Assembly: GCA_965249725.1 (NCBI GenBank)
Contig: CBDFMQ010000002.1
Coordinates: 2,336,001-2,400,000 of the forward strand
Source: Longimicrobiales bacterium
GTDB taxonomy: Bacteria > Gemmatimonadota > Gemmatimonadetes > Longimicrobiales > Gaopeijiaceae
Length of the DNA: 64,000 nucleotides
Direction of reading: 5' to 3'
This document shows positions 47,868-57,478 of this stretch, piece by piece; the first letter of the stretch is position 1, and the number at the start of each line of letters is the position of its first letter. The notes under the pieces are model-generated. The model searched no databases. It was not told where the DNA came from and saw only the letters and a list, made by a program, of their open reading frames with translations. A program made the translations under genes and the position numbers.

Positions 47868-48194
47868 TTAGAGGAGCACCCACCAGAGGATCTTGGACCC
47901 CACATGGACGCCCTGATCGGTGTGAAAGCCGATCCAGTCCTCACACTTGGCGTAGTCCGTGAGCCAGTGAAGCACGGTCTCGGCCAGACCGAGCCACCAG
48001 ACGCCGGTGATCAGCGCGACGAGCCCCCCGTGGATGAGGGAGTGGCTGGTGATCCAATAGAACCAGTGAGGAAAGTGCTCGGTATCGGGCGGTGGCGCCC
48101 GGTAACTGCGGCTCTTTCCTCGGGCCATAGCCTCCGATTGGAGCGCGAAGTCGGCCAGCGCGTGGCCGGCGATCAAGAGAAAAAGGGTCTGCAT
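47868..48194 (-). CDS. DUF3307-like membrane protein
   Basis: GHALADFALQ, HSLIHG, HWLTDYAK, DQGVH. Confidence 0.8.
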   Translation of the reverse strand: MQTLFLLIAGHALADFALQSEAMARGKSRSYRAPPPDTEHFPHWFYWITSHSLIHGGLVALITGVWWLGLAETVLHWLTDYAKCEDWIGFHTDQGVHVGSKILWWVLL

Positions 48195-49406
48195 CTATCC
48201 GATAACGGTGATGGCCTCGAGAATCGGCAGGTACATTGCCACCACCATGCCACCCAACACCACCCCCACGATCACGACGAGTGCCGGTTCGAGCGCCTTC
48301 ACCAGTCCCTCGACCGTAACGTCCACCTCGGCCTCGTAGAAGCTGGCGACCTTCGCGAACATCGCGTCGAGCTGGCCGGTCTCTTCGCCCACGCGGACCA
48401 TCTGAGCGACTAGCCGCGGCAGCACGCGGGTGGAGGCGAGGGGGTCCGCGATTCCGAGGCCTGCGGCAACTCCTTGGTGACTCTTCATGATCGCCCGGGA
48501 GATGACGTCGTTACCCGCAGTTCTCGCCGAGACGCGAATCGCGTCCAGGATCGCGACGCCCGAGTAGAGAAGCGAAGCCATCGTACGCGTGAATCGAGCC
48601 ACCGAAGCCTTGCGTACCAGACCTCCGATGACCGGCAGTGCGAGCAAGACGCCGTCGAAGAGGATTCGGCCACGCTTGCTGTCGTGAATCTGCTGAAGAA
48701 CGAACACCGTCACGGAGGTTCCGAGGAGCAGCCATTTCCATTCTGCCTGGAGGAAGTCGGAAGAGTCGACCAGGATCTGGGTGGGGAGTGGAAGCGCGAC
48801 CCCTCCCACCGCGAACATGTCCACGAAGGCCGGCACGACCAGGGTCAGCATCGCGACGATCGCCCCCAACGCCACGAATACGATCAGGGCGGGATAGGCC
48901 AACGCCGCCCGCACCCGCTCCCTGAGCAGCTGGCTCTTCTCGAGGTACTCCGCCAACCGCTCGAACGTCGTATCCAGATGCCCCCCTTCCTCACCGGCCT
49001 CCACCATGTAGATGAAGAGCGGTTGGAAAACCTTGGGGTGCAGTCTCATGGCATCGGCCAGCGTCGCGCCGGCCTGAACGGCCCGACTGATGGATTGGGT
49101 CGCCTTACGGAGCGGCACGTCGTCGGTAATCCCGTCGAGAATGTCGAGCGCCAGCACGAGTGGAATCCCAGAGTCCACCAGAGTCGAGAACTGGCGCGTG
49201 TACATCGCCAGTGCCCGATGGCTCGGGGTACGGCGCAGTTGGAAGCTCCGGTCCTTGGGAGCGGGTCTCACGACGTCGGGAATCAGGTTCCGGGCGGCCA
49301 ATACGCGTTTGACTTCGTCAGACGTCGCCGCCTGCATGGTGCCGGTCTTGATCTCACCGTCCCTCGTGTGCGCTCGAAACCTCCAACCATGGTGCTGTGT
49401 CGTCAT
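48195..49406 (-). CDS. pilC: Type IV pilus platform protein (PilC/GspF family)
   Basis: TRQFSTLVDSGIPL, AGEEGG, ALAYP, LPLPT, VGEETGQL, LEP, AMYLP. Confidence 0.92.
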   Translation of the reverse strand: MTTQHHGWRFRAHTRDGEIKTGTMQAATSDEVKRVLAARNLIPDVVRPAPKDRSFQLRRTPSHRALAMYTRQFSTLVDSGIPLVLALDILDGITDDVPLRKATQSISRAVQAGATLADAMRLHPKVFQPLFIYMVEAGEEGGHLDTTFERLAEYLEKSQLLRERVRAALAYPALIVFVALGAIVAMLTLVVPAFVDMFAVGGVALPLPTQILVDSSDFLQAEWKWLLLGTSVTVFVLQQIHDSKRGRILFDGVLLALPVIGGLVRKASVARFTRTMASLLYSGVAILDAIRVSARTAGNDVISRAIMKSHQGVAAGLGIADPLASTRVLPRLVAQMVRVGEETGQLDAMFAKVASFYEAEVDVTVEGLVKALEPALVVIVGVVLGGMVVAMYLPILEAITVIG

Positions 49407-49421
49407 CGCCGCTCCGCTCGC

Positions 49422-50612
49422 TCAATCAAGGGTCTCGAACCAACTCCGTCCGGGTAAGGGCGTGACCGACGACAGACCTGTCATCGCACGCTGAACCGCA
49501 CAGCTGCTGTACTGGATCCTGCTTCCGCTCTGAACGCGGGACGTCCCCGTGCCACCCGACCTGTTCCGCACCATCACGCCGCCTTGGATTTCGCTGCCGC
49601 GTCCTTGGTGCCGCAATTGGCCCTGGGCGATCACGATGCCGTAGTAGTCGAAGTTGCCACGGATGGTGAGGTTGCCGCCGACGAGGAGAATGCCCTGCCC
49701 GACCCCACTGCCCGTGATGGTCAGATTCCCGGTCACGTGAACGACAGGCAAATGACCCCAACAAGGGTTGGCGGGATTAGCAGGATCACCCCAGTTCGTG
49801 TTGACCGAGGTGTCGCACTGCGCGACCGAGGTCCGGGGTCCGATGTTGTTACCGAACGATCGGTTCCCGGTAAACGTGATGTTGGCGATGCTGGTGAGCT
49901 GGGCGTACGTGTACCCTCCGAAGTCCGTGAACGTCGCGTTCGAGATCGTACCGTCCTGGGTGGATGGCGGCGCACCCGCGAGATCGCCGAAACGGAGGAT
50001 GCGGAGCTGGGCGAGAGATCTGATATAGACTCCGTCCACATCGACCGGCGGCGCGAGACACTCGCCGAACCAGGCCGCCGGGGTACGATCGGTTCCGTCC
50101 ACCTCGGGAAGGACCGGATCATTCGCGCGACGCCCCCGCACGTCGAAGCGGCCTTGAATGAGCACCGCCCCTTCGCAGCAAATGCTCCCCCCCGCGCTGG
50201 CCTGTACGACCGTGACGACATCCCGGCGGGCGGTGCTCTGGGCACTGGGCCGCCCCGTCGATCGCAGTTGGTACAACCCGACGCTGCCGCTTGAGGCATC
50301 GTCGACCCGGCGTATGACCGTGCGGTACGACGACCCGTCGGGCAGAGATTGCCACCCCAGGTCGAGGCTGTCCCCCGGGAGCAGCGCGCCTACAGGAAGG
50401 CTCTCCCAATTGGCCACGGTCTTGGCGGCCCCGGCATCGCCGGCGTATAGGGCTTTCACCGAGCGCCGGACGGCGATGCTCGCAGCCAGGTTCGTCCGCG
50501 CGACGTACATGCCCGCCATGCCCATCATCGACATGATGACCAGGGCGATGATCGCTAGCGGGATCATGAACCCGCCGCGCTCGACGGAGGGATGGGCGAT
50601 CGGGTCGGACAT
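49422..50612 (-). CDS. PilX-like minor pilin
   Basis: RGG-FMIPLAIIAL (no Glu5, as in PilX/GspK), ALYAGDAG; position after PilW-like gene. Confidence 0.7.
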   Translation of the reverse strand: MSDPIAHPSVERGGFMIPLAIIALVIMSMMGMAGMYVARTNLAASIAVRRSVKALYAGDAGAAKTVANWESLPVGALLPGDSLDLGWQSLPDGSSYRTVIRRVDDASSGSVGLYQLRSTGRPSAQSTARRDVVTVVQASAGGSICCEGAVLIQGRFDVRGRRANDPVLPEVDGTDRTPAAWFGECLAPPVDVDGVYIRSLAQLRILRFGDLAGAPPSTQDGTISNATFTDFGGYTYAQLTSIANITFTGNRSFGNNIGPRTSVAQCDTSVNTNWGDPANPANPCWGHLPVVHVTGNLTITGSGVGQGILLVGGNLTIRGNFDYYGIVIAQGQLRHQGRGSEIQGGVMVRNRSGGTGTSRVQSGSRIQYSSCAVQRAMTGLSSVTPLPGRSWFETLD

Positions 50613-51412
50613 CAGTTCCTCACACCGGTGCTCAACACCAGAGTGTCCCGACGGAAGGGGTCGACTCCCCGGCGCCCTTCATCGGCGTCGAGCACCGCCG
50701 TCACGCGCACCCGCGCTGCCGACGCAGGCGTACCGGTCACTTGGCCGACACTGTCGATAAGCTCGACGACGAGTCCGGAGCCGTCGCTGGCAAAGGGTCC
50801 GGTCAGAATCTCCGTACTGCGCGAGTCGCTGCGGGCCAACCATGGAGCACCGTCGACGGTCTGGAGGTGGTACGTGAAGGAGTGGAACGCCCGCACCGTC
50901 GCACCGGCGGGAACCCCGTCCACTCGGGCGAACGTCCTCACGACAACGTCCGGCGCGACTCCGCCTCCATACGGGCACGTCAACCTCGGCCCCCGCGGGT
51001 TCACCCGCCGGACCCGAGTGACGATCCAGCCCGACGGGTGATAGACGAGAAGGCTATCACCGGTGGTCCGGTCCACCCGTCCGCTCGTTCCGGTGAGGGC
51101 GAGCCAGCGGCGTCCGGTGTGAGTGGTGCAGGCTATGCCCAGCCCAACGGGAGACCTCACGCGAAAACTGTCGGATGAGAAGACCGTCACGTCACCGGCC
51201 CCGAGCACGGCCTCGCGGAGATCGTAGGCCAGGATCGCGGCGGTCGTCCGCACGGCATCCTGCCGTTCCATCTGCGAGCGGACCTGTCGGTAGAATCGCT
51301 GCTGTGAGAGGATGGCTCGCTGTAGCGACACCGCCACCAAGGACCCGAGCACCAACACGATCATGAACTCCACGACAGTGAAGCCGAGTCGAGGGCCGCG
51401 TGCGGGTCTCAC
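50612..51412 (-). CDS. PilW-like minor pilin
   Basis: Prepilin motif G-FTVVEFMIVLV; GTG start overlapping the upstream stop is inferred. Confidence 0.75.
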   Translation of the reverse strand: MRPARGPRLGFTVVEFMIVLVLGSLVAVSLQRAILSQQRFYRQVRSQMERQDAVRTTAAILAYDLREAVLGAGDVTVFSSDSFRVRSPVGLGIACTTHTGRRWLALTGTSGRVDRTTGDSLLVYHPSGWIVTRVRRVNPRGPRLTCPYGGGVAPDVVVRTFARVDGVPAGATVRAFHSFTYHLQTVDGAPWLARSDSRSTEILTGPFASDGSGLVVELIDSVGQVTGTPASAARVRVTAVLDADEGRRGVDPFRRDTLVLSTGVRN

Positions 51413-51807
51413 AGCCTGAGCCGATACGCCGAAATGGTATCCCAAAGGACGACGCCGGTGCCCGACCGGAACTCCGTGATGAGCAGGATCTCCTTGAACG
51501 AGACACTGTCGGCCTCCGTCCAGGTCGCCACCCCGTAGGGAAGGTTCCGCGACCCCGTGGAGAGGGAGTCGTAGGGGAGCGTGAGCAGACGCTCGATCTC
51601 TCCTTGAAGGAGGCTTCCGGCTCGCATCTCCATGCCGGAGCGCCGGACCGTGGTCGACACGTACTGGCTCGCCCCGACCAGAGATATCGCCACGACGGTC
51701 AGCAGTACCATCGCCACCAAGAGTTCCACCATCATGAAGCCTGCGCGGCCGCCTCGGTGGCGGCCGGGGCCCCGGGGCTCCTCGACGGCACGCGTCCTAT
51801 CGGGCAT
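51409..51807 (-). CDS. PilV-like minor pilin
   Basis: Prepilin motif G-FMMVELLVAMVLL. Confidence 0.8.
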   Translation of the reverse strand: MPDRTRAVEEPRGPGRHRGGRAGFMMVELLVAMVLLTVVAISLVGASQYVSTTVRRSGMEMRAGSLLQGEIERLLTLPYDSLSTGSRNLPYGVATWTEADSVSFKEILLITEFRSGTGVVLWDTISAYRLRL

Positions 51808-52287
51808 GACGCACTCTTCCCACCGAGCTCACCACCACCGTGTCGACTCGCGAGGAATGGACCAGCTCGATGCGCGCGCCCGGAACGGGGCAGGTAGACG
51901 TGCTGACACCGAGTCCCCGGCCATCGAAGCAGATGCGGTCATTGTCGCTCCGAATCGAAATCCCCAGCTCCTCTCCGAGGTCGACCCTGCCCTTGGTGAT
52001 CAGCCCGGACCGGTCGAGCGCTCGCGAAGTATCGACCTCGACCCAGAGAATCACGTTCGCGGTGTCGACCCGGAACGCAGCGACGCGTCCGTATCCCACC
52101 GCGGTGGCCCGGGCCAACGACAAGGTCGCGGTGACCGCGTGCCTGGCGTTCTGAATGGCGCCGTCTCGTCGAACACGAGTGAAGGACGGAAACGCGAACG
52201 CGGCCATCAACGACAGTAGAGCCAGCGCCCCGACGAGCTCGAGGAACGAGAATCCACGGGGGCGACCCCCCCTCGCAAATGAGGCAT
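51797..52287 (-). pseudogene. FimT/GspH-like minor pilin, out of frame at a G7 tract (phase-off allele or sequencing error)
   Basis: RG-FSFLELVGALALL is in frame with ORF 51797..52210 but has no in-frame start after an upstream TAG. ATG 52287 joins it only if the G7 run (52266-52272) is G8. Confidence 0.7.
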
Positions 52288-52386
52288 ACCCCTACAGGTA
52301 GCGGTACGCGCCACGGGGGGGGCGATCTGTCGTAGTGTCCATCTCGCTCGAAGTCTACTCCTGAGCTCCCGAGGGAGCAACGGAAT

Positions 52387-53761
52387 CTACCGCCCGCTTC
52401 CGAGTAGGATTTCTACCCGACGGTTCTGTCGCTGTCCCTGAGCCGTGCCGTTGTCGGCGACCGGCTGAGACTCGCCGGCCCCCTCTGCCTCGACCCGACC
52501 CGCAGCAAGGCCGGAGAAGTTAGCCAACAGATAATCCCGCACGGCCTGCGCCCGTCGCAGACTCAGGGCAACGTTGTACGCCTCCGGCCCCGTTGAGTCC
52601 GTGTGTCCGATGACCCGAACACGCTCCCCTGAGCGCGCAATGAGCGCACGTCCGGCCTCATCGATGCGTGGGTAGGTGTCGTTCTCGAGCTCCGCCGAGT
52701 CGTGCGCGAAGTTCACGCCTCTGAAGGTAAAGACGGCCATCTCTGGCTCCGGCTCCGGCTCCGGCTCGGGAACGGCGCAGCCGTTCGCGTCCACTTCAGT
52801 GCCGGCCGGCGTGTTCGGACAACGATCGATGCCGTCGGGCACACCGTCGCGGTCACCGTCGGTCGCACAACCGTTGGCGTCCACGAGCGCTCCGGACACG
52901 GTGTTGGGACAGCGGTCCAGGCCGTCGAACACGCCGTCATCGTCCCCATCGGTCGGGCAGCCGTTGCCGTCCACTCGAGCTCCCATCGGCGTATCGGGAC
53001 AGCGGTCCGAGTGGTCCGCCACTCCGTCCCTGTCCGAGTCCACACCACAGCCCATGGCGTCGACGGTGGCACCCATGGGAGTGTTCGGGCAGCGGTCGTC
53101 GGCGTCAGTCACCCCGTCGCCGTCCGCATCTGGCGCACCGCCACCAAGGAAGAGGGAGGCACCCACGGTGAAGCCCCATCCCCAGAAGGTCTCCTTCCCG
53201 AGGGTCGCCGCGGCGATCGCCGCCGCGGTATTGGCGAGCGCGTCGGGGGCCTGATGCATCCGGGCTTCTGCCCGGAGCGCAAGCCGGGAGGTCAATGAGA
53301 ATCGGGCCCCCGCCCCGTAGTTCAACGCAAGATCGGTCTCGGAAGCGAATCCGTCAGGGGTTCCATCTCAACGCTCCCACGCCGGCGACACCGTATGCCT
53401 GGAGCTTCTCGGTGAGGGGCACGTTGTATCCGGCCCCGATGCCGTAGAGCAACAGGTCCATATCCACATTTCGGGTCCCCGTCCGCATGACCGTGGGATA
53501 GTAGGCGCCCTCGAGGTCCAGGAAGAGCCCGGACGCAAGGTTGTACGCAACATGGGCCCCCAAGAGGACGTTGCTGGCCGGGTCGACGAATACGGAGCCG
53601 CCCGCCGCTGGATCGTACTCCGGGGCATCATCGAAGACGCCAATAAACGGAGAGATTTCCCAACCCTTGGGAACCCAGCGGTCGGAATCCTGAGCCGTCA
53701 AAGAACTCTGCGGCATCAGGAGACCGCAGGCCAGGACCAACGCGGACAACGTACGAATCAT
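52387..53761 (-). pseudogene. OmpA-family protein (beta-barrel + thrombospondin type 3 Ca-binding repeats + OmpA C-terminal domain), frameshifted near 53357
   Basis: AAAGGAG RBS, signal peptide MIRTLS; removing one C from AACCCCTGA gives WNPDGFASETDLALNYGAG joining the two ORFs; DxDxDGVxDxxDRCP repeats, (PE)n linker, GHTD, NxxLSxRRA, NRRVE. Confidence 0.85.
52782..53132 (-). repeat. Four tandem ~29-codon TSP3-like coding repeats
   Basis: DADGDGVTDADDRCPNTP, DSDRDGVADHSDRCPDTP, DGDDDGVFDGLDRCPNT, DGDRDGVPDGIDRCPNTP; boundaries approximate. Confidence 0.8.
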
Positions 53762-53916
53762 GGTTGATACTCCTTTATAAGAACGGTCCATCTGGTTATC
53801 GAGCGGTACGGTGCAACCCCTAGAACAGTAGGGTGCAACCCTTAAATATAAGCACACAAAGGGCTTAAGAGCAGAAAAATGGAGAAGGCCCGCCGGCTTT
53901 CGTGAAACGTCGCCCC

Positions 53917-56156
53917 TCAGGATCCGAACGTGTAGGTGTACTTCAGAATGACCGTACGTGCGTCGGTCAGAGGGAGACGAGGATTGGCCACGCCGCGATC
54001 GGTATTCAGACCCTCGTTGTAGACCAGCCACAAGTCGTTGCCCTCCCGGAAGTTGTACCGAATCCGGACGTTCGGTGTGATCAGGTCCGCAGAGGTGTTG
54101 TACTGGAGGAAGGCATTGGCCGAGACTTTCGTGTCGAGGGCCACTTGAATCTTCACGCGCGGCACGTGGACGATGAAGTCCTGATCCAGATCGGGGAACG
54201 TGGCCCACGCGATCTGATAGTCGGCCCCCAACTCCAGATTCCTAGACACGTTCCAGGTCGGTGCCAGAGTGAAATTCACCCGCCAACCGTCGTAGAACGC
54301 TCCAGCCTCGAAATTCGTGTTGAAGCTGAGTAATGACGAGCGCGACTTGTTGTAGCCGACGTTGAGCGTCCAGAACTCGTAGCGCCCTGCCGGGATCTCC
54401 ACGTCGTCCGGCAGTGCGAGCGGCTCTGCCAGATCTTCGATATTCCCCTCCAAGCCGACCCACCCTCGCGTACCGCTCTTGAGCTGGTAGTTGAACCAAC
54501 TCCCGAACGCGGCCGACTCGATCGATCCGTCTTCGTTCCGAAGCCAGAGGTCGCCGGTCAGGAGGTTGGGAGTGACCGATGTGAACCGGGAGTCCTCACC
54601 CGGAAGCCAACCATACCCCAACCGTCCGATCAACGCGGTGACACCGTTGCGTTGAACGAAACCCATACCCGGCGTGAAGTCGCCACCCAGATAATTCACC
54701 TGTGCCTGGTAAAAGAGGCCTTGCTGGGTGCGTCTCTCCCAGAACGCCCGGAACATGGCGGCGCGGCTGAAATCGAAACCCGTCTGGTCCGCGACCTCGT
54801 CGTCGAAGCTCTGGGCCCACTGCAACGTGAGATACTCATCGCCCACCAGTCGCAAAATGCCGTCGGCAGCGTACACTACGTTGTAGCGACCGTCGGTTCC
54901 GACCCGGCTGGTGACCATGGTTCCGGCATACGAGAACGGGTTGAAGAGCTGCCTGCGGAGACGCAGCACACCGAAGTTCTCCGAGGCGAGATCATCCGAC
55001 TCGCCGGTCTGCAGGTTCATGAGGCCCACATCCCACGAACCCACACGGCCAACCATCCGCCCGCCGCCCAGCAGGCGCACCTGCTCACCGTTGTGGAGTC
55101 CGATCTGGCGGGAGTGGAAAAGGCGGTCCGTCTGGCCCGTACGGAACTCGAACGTGCCGGCCCGCTCCTGAAAGAACTGACGTTTCTCGGGAAAGAAGAG
55201 TGAGAAGCGCGTGAGGTTCACCTGCTGATCGTCGGCCTCCACCTGGGCGAAGTCGGTGTTGACCGTGACGTCGAGCGTGAGATTGTCGCGCAGGCTGTAC
55301 TTGAGGTCGAGCCCGATCTCCCGCTGCGTGTCGCTCTCCAGGTCGTACTGAGATGCGCCCTCGGGGAGTCGGGATTCCTGACCCAATCCGGCGAGAGCGT
55401 AGGGGGTGATATAGAGAGGCTTCTGACTGGCGACCCCCTGCAGCACGATCTTCCGGGCGTTGGAGGGCTTGGCGTAGGCCCACGACTGATCGGGCGAAAT
55501 GTCCGGGAAGATCTGCCTCTCGCTCCTGCGGGCTAGATAACGCTGCACGATCAGACCCATCTCGACGCGTCCGTCCAGGTCCTGGAAACCTAGGCTGGAG
55601 TAGGGCACCCTGAATCCGCGAACCAACCTGATTCGTTCCGAGTCACCGCTACGTCCCAGTACGTATTCCAGCTACTCTCGAACGGGTACGCACCCCAGGA
55701 CTCGGCGTTGGCGTCACCCGTTACGGTCTGATCGAACCGCACCCCAGCCGGGTTCGTGTAGAACCAGAGGGCGTTCTCGTTGTCGTTGAAGGTGTCGAGA
55801 ATGAACCCGAACGTGTCGTCGCCACTCCAGCGATCTCGATAGAGGGAGTTCTCGCGAACGCCGTCCGGGTCGGAGTCGTAGAGGTGACCCGCCACGTAGA
55901 GATAATCGTCGTCGTAGGCGACCCGAACCTCCGTGCGCTCCGTCGGAGTCCCGCCATAGGTGGGCGTGTGCATGACGAGCGGCAGCGGATCGATCCGCTG
56001 CCAGGCCGCCTCGTCGGGAACTCCATCGAGCGTGATTGGGCCGTCGATCCTGGGCAGGCCCAACGGCTCCTGGGCGGCTGCGCTGACCGGGCAAGCACAC
56101 AGCAACAGGAGGACCCGGAAAACCGTCGCCTCGCTGACCCGACGACCCGCCTCCAT
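53917..56156 (-). pseudogene. DUF5916 / CBM9-like domain outer membrane protein, frameshifted near 55615
   Basis: N-part LDGVPDEAAW, TEVRVAYDDDYLY, DTFND; one base inserted in GCG GA_ TTC AGG restores GWFAEFRVPYSSL; C-part TVNTDFAQVEAD, FFPEKRQFFQE. Confidence 0.8.
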
Positions 56157-56280
56157 GCTCGTATCTGCCATGTGATAAGGCTCGTTAGGAACGCCGCCTC
56201 TGGCAACGGGTGGAAAGGACCCCAACCGTGTGCGTTCTGGTACTAGAAGGGAGTACGCAATTCCGAATTGGGAGTGGACG

Positions 56281-56883
56281 ATGACGAGGAATATACTGAT
56301 CGCCCTAGCGATGTTGTCGGCGGCCGCTGCCTCAGGCGCCCAAGAGACACAGACTCTGCTTGGAAGCGACATACGGCACGGCGGTTTCGGGGGGCCGGTG
56401 GTGAAGTTCACCCAGGTCGATGGTGAATTCGGTGTCCTGGTGGGTGGACGCGGCGGATGGATCATCAACGACTCGTTCGTGCTCGGAGCAGGCGGCTACG
56501 GGCTGGTCAACGAGGGCAGCTTCGACAACTACTTCGACGTCGTCGGAGATCGTTGGAAGCTGCTCATGGGATACGGCGGCCTCGAGATGGAGTACATACT
56601 CAGGCCCAACGAAGTCGCTCACGTCTCCCTTGCCGTTTTAGTCGGAGCAGGGGGTGTGCTGTGGGATCCCTTTGGTTGGGATCATCACAACTGGGAGGAC
56701 GATGTCGACGCCTTCTTCGTCGCCGAGCCCGAACTGAATGTGCTGTTCAACGTGACGAAGCACTTTAGAGTCGGCCTTGGCGGATCATTCCGATTCGTGG
56801 GCGACGTGGAACTGAACACCCTGGACAACGGCGATATCGCCGGGCCCGCAGGGGTAGTGACGATCAAGCTCGGGGGGTTTTAG
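56281..56883 (+). CDS. Small outer membrane beta-barrel protein, hypothetical
   Basis: Signal peptide; GGFGGPVVKF, GGRGGWIIN, YGGLEMEY, FFVAEPE; ends KLGGF. Confidence 0.75.
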   Translation: MTRNILIALAMLSAAAASGAQETQTLLGSDIRHGGFGGPVVKFTQVDGEFGVLVGGRGGWIINDSFVLGAGGYGLVNEGSFDNYFDVVGDRWKLLMGYGGLEMEYILRPNEVAHVSLAVLVGAGGVLWDPFGWDHHNWEDDVDAFFVAEPELNVLFNVTKHFRVGLGGSFRFVGDVELNTLDNGDIAGPAGVVTIKLGGF

Positions 56884-56945
56884 TCGGACAAGCCGCCGGG
56901 CCGTTTCGCCGGGCCCGCCACACGGGTGCAATCGTCCTGCGGATC

Positions 56946-57470
56946 TTGACGGCGGTCCTGGCCGTGGCGGTGGCGGCCCGGATCAGCGTTCCCATCCCGG
57001 GCTCCCCGGTGCCGCAGAGCCTTCAGACGCTCGCCGTGCTGCTGGTGGGGTTCTTCCTAGGGGGGCGGAACGGAGCACTCGCCTTGGCGGCGTACCTCCT
57101 CCTCGGCGCATCAGGCGCTCCGGTCTTCGCGGATGGCGCAGCCGGATGGACTCACCTGGTCGGCCCAACCGCTGGCTATCTGATCGGCTTCGCGGTGGCG
57201 GCGGGGTGGGTGGGATGGCTGGCGGAGGGCGGCCGCCTCAGCCGATTTGCTCCGGCCTTCGGAGCCATGCTCGTCGGCCACGCCGCGATCCTACTGCTCG
57301 GCTGGGCGAGGTTGGGGGCCACCCTCGGTTACGTCTCGGCTTTCGAGCAGGGCGTGGCTCCATTCCTGGTGGGAGGAGCGGTCAAGTCGGCCGTCGGCGC
57401 CGCGATGGCTGTTGCGGCCCTCCGGCTCGGATGGCACCGAGGCGCCGACACCCCTGCGGCCGACGTATGA
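56946..57470 (+). CDS. bioY: Biotin transporter BioY
   Basis: PVPQSLQTLAV, YLLLGASGAPVFA, GPTAGYLIGF, PFLVG; start uncertain. Confidence 0.9.
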   Translation: MTAVLAVAVAARISVPIPGSPVPQSLQTLAVLLVGFFLGGRNGALALAAYLLLGASGAPVFADGAAGWTHLVGPTAGYLIGFAVAAGWVGWLAEGGRLSRFAPAFGAMLVGHAAILLLGWARLGATLGYVSAFEQGVAPFLVGGAVKSAVGAAMAVAALRLGWHRGADTPAADV

Positions 57471-57478
57471 GGTCGGGG

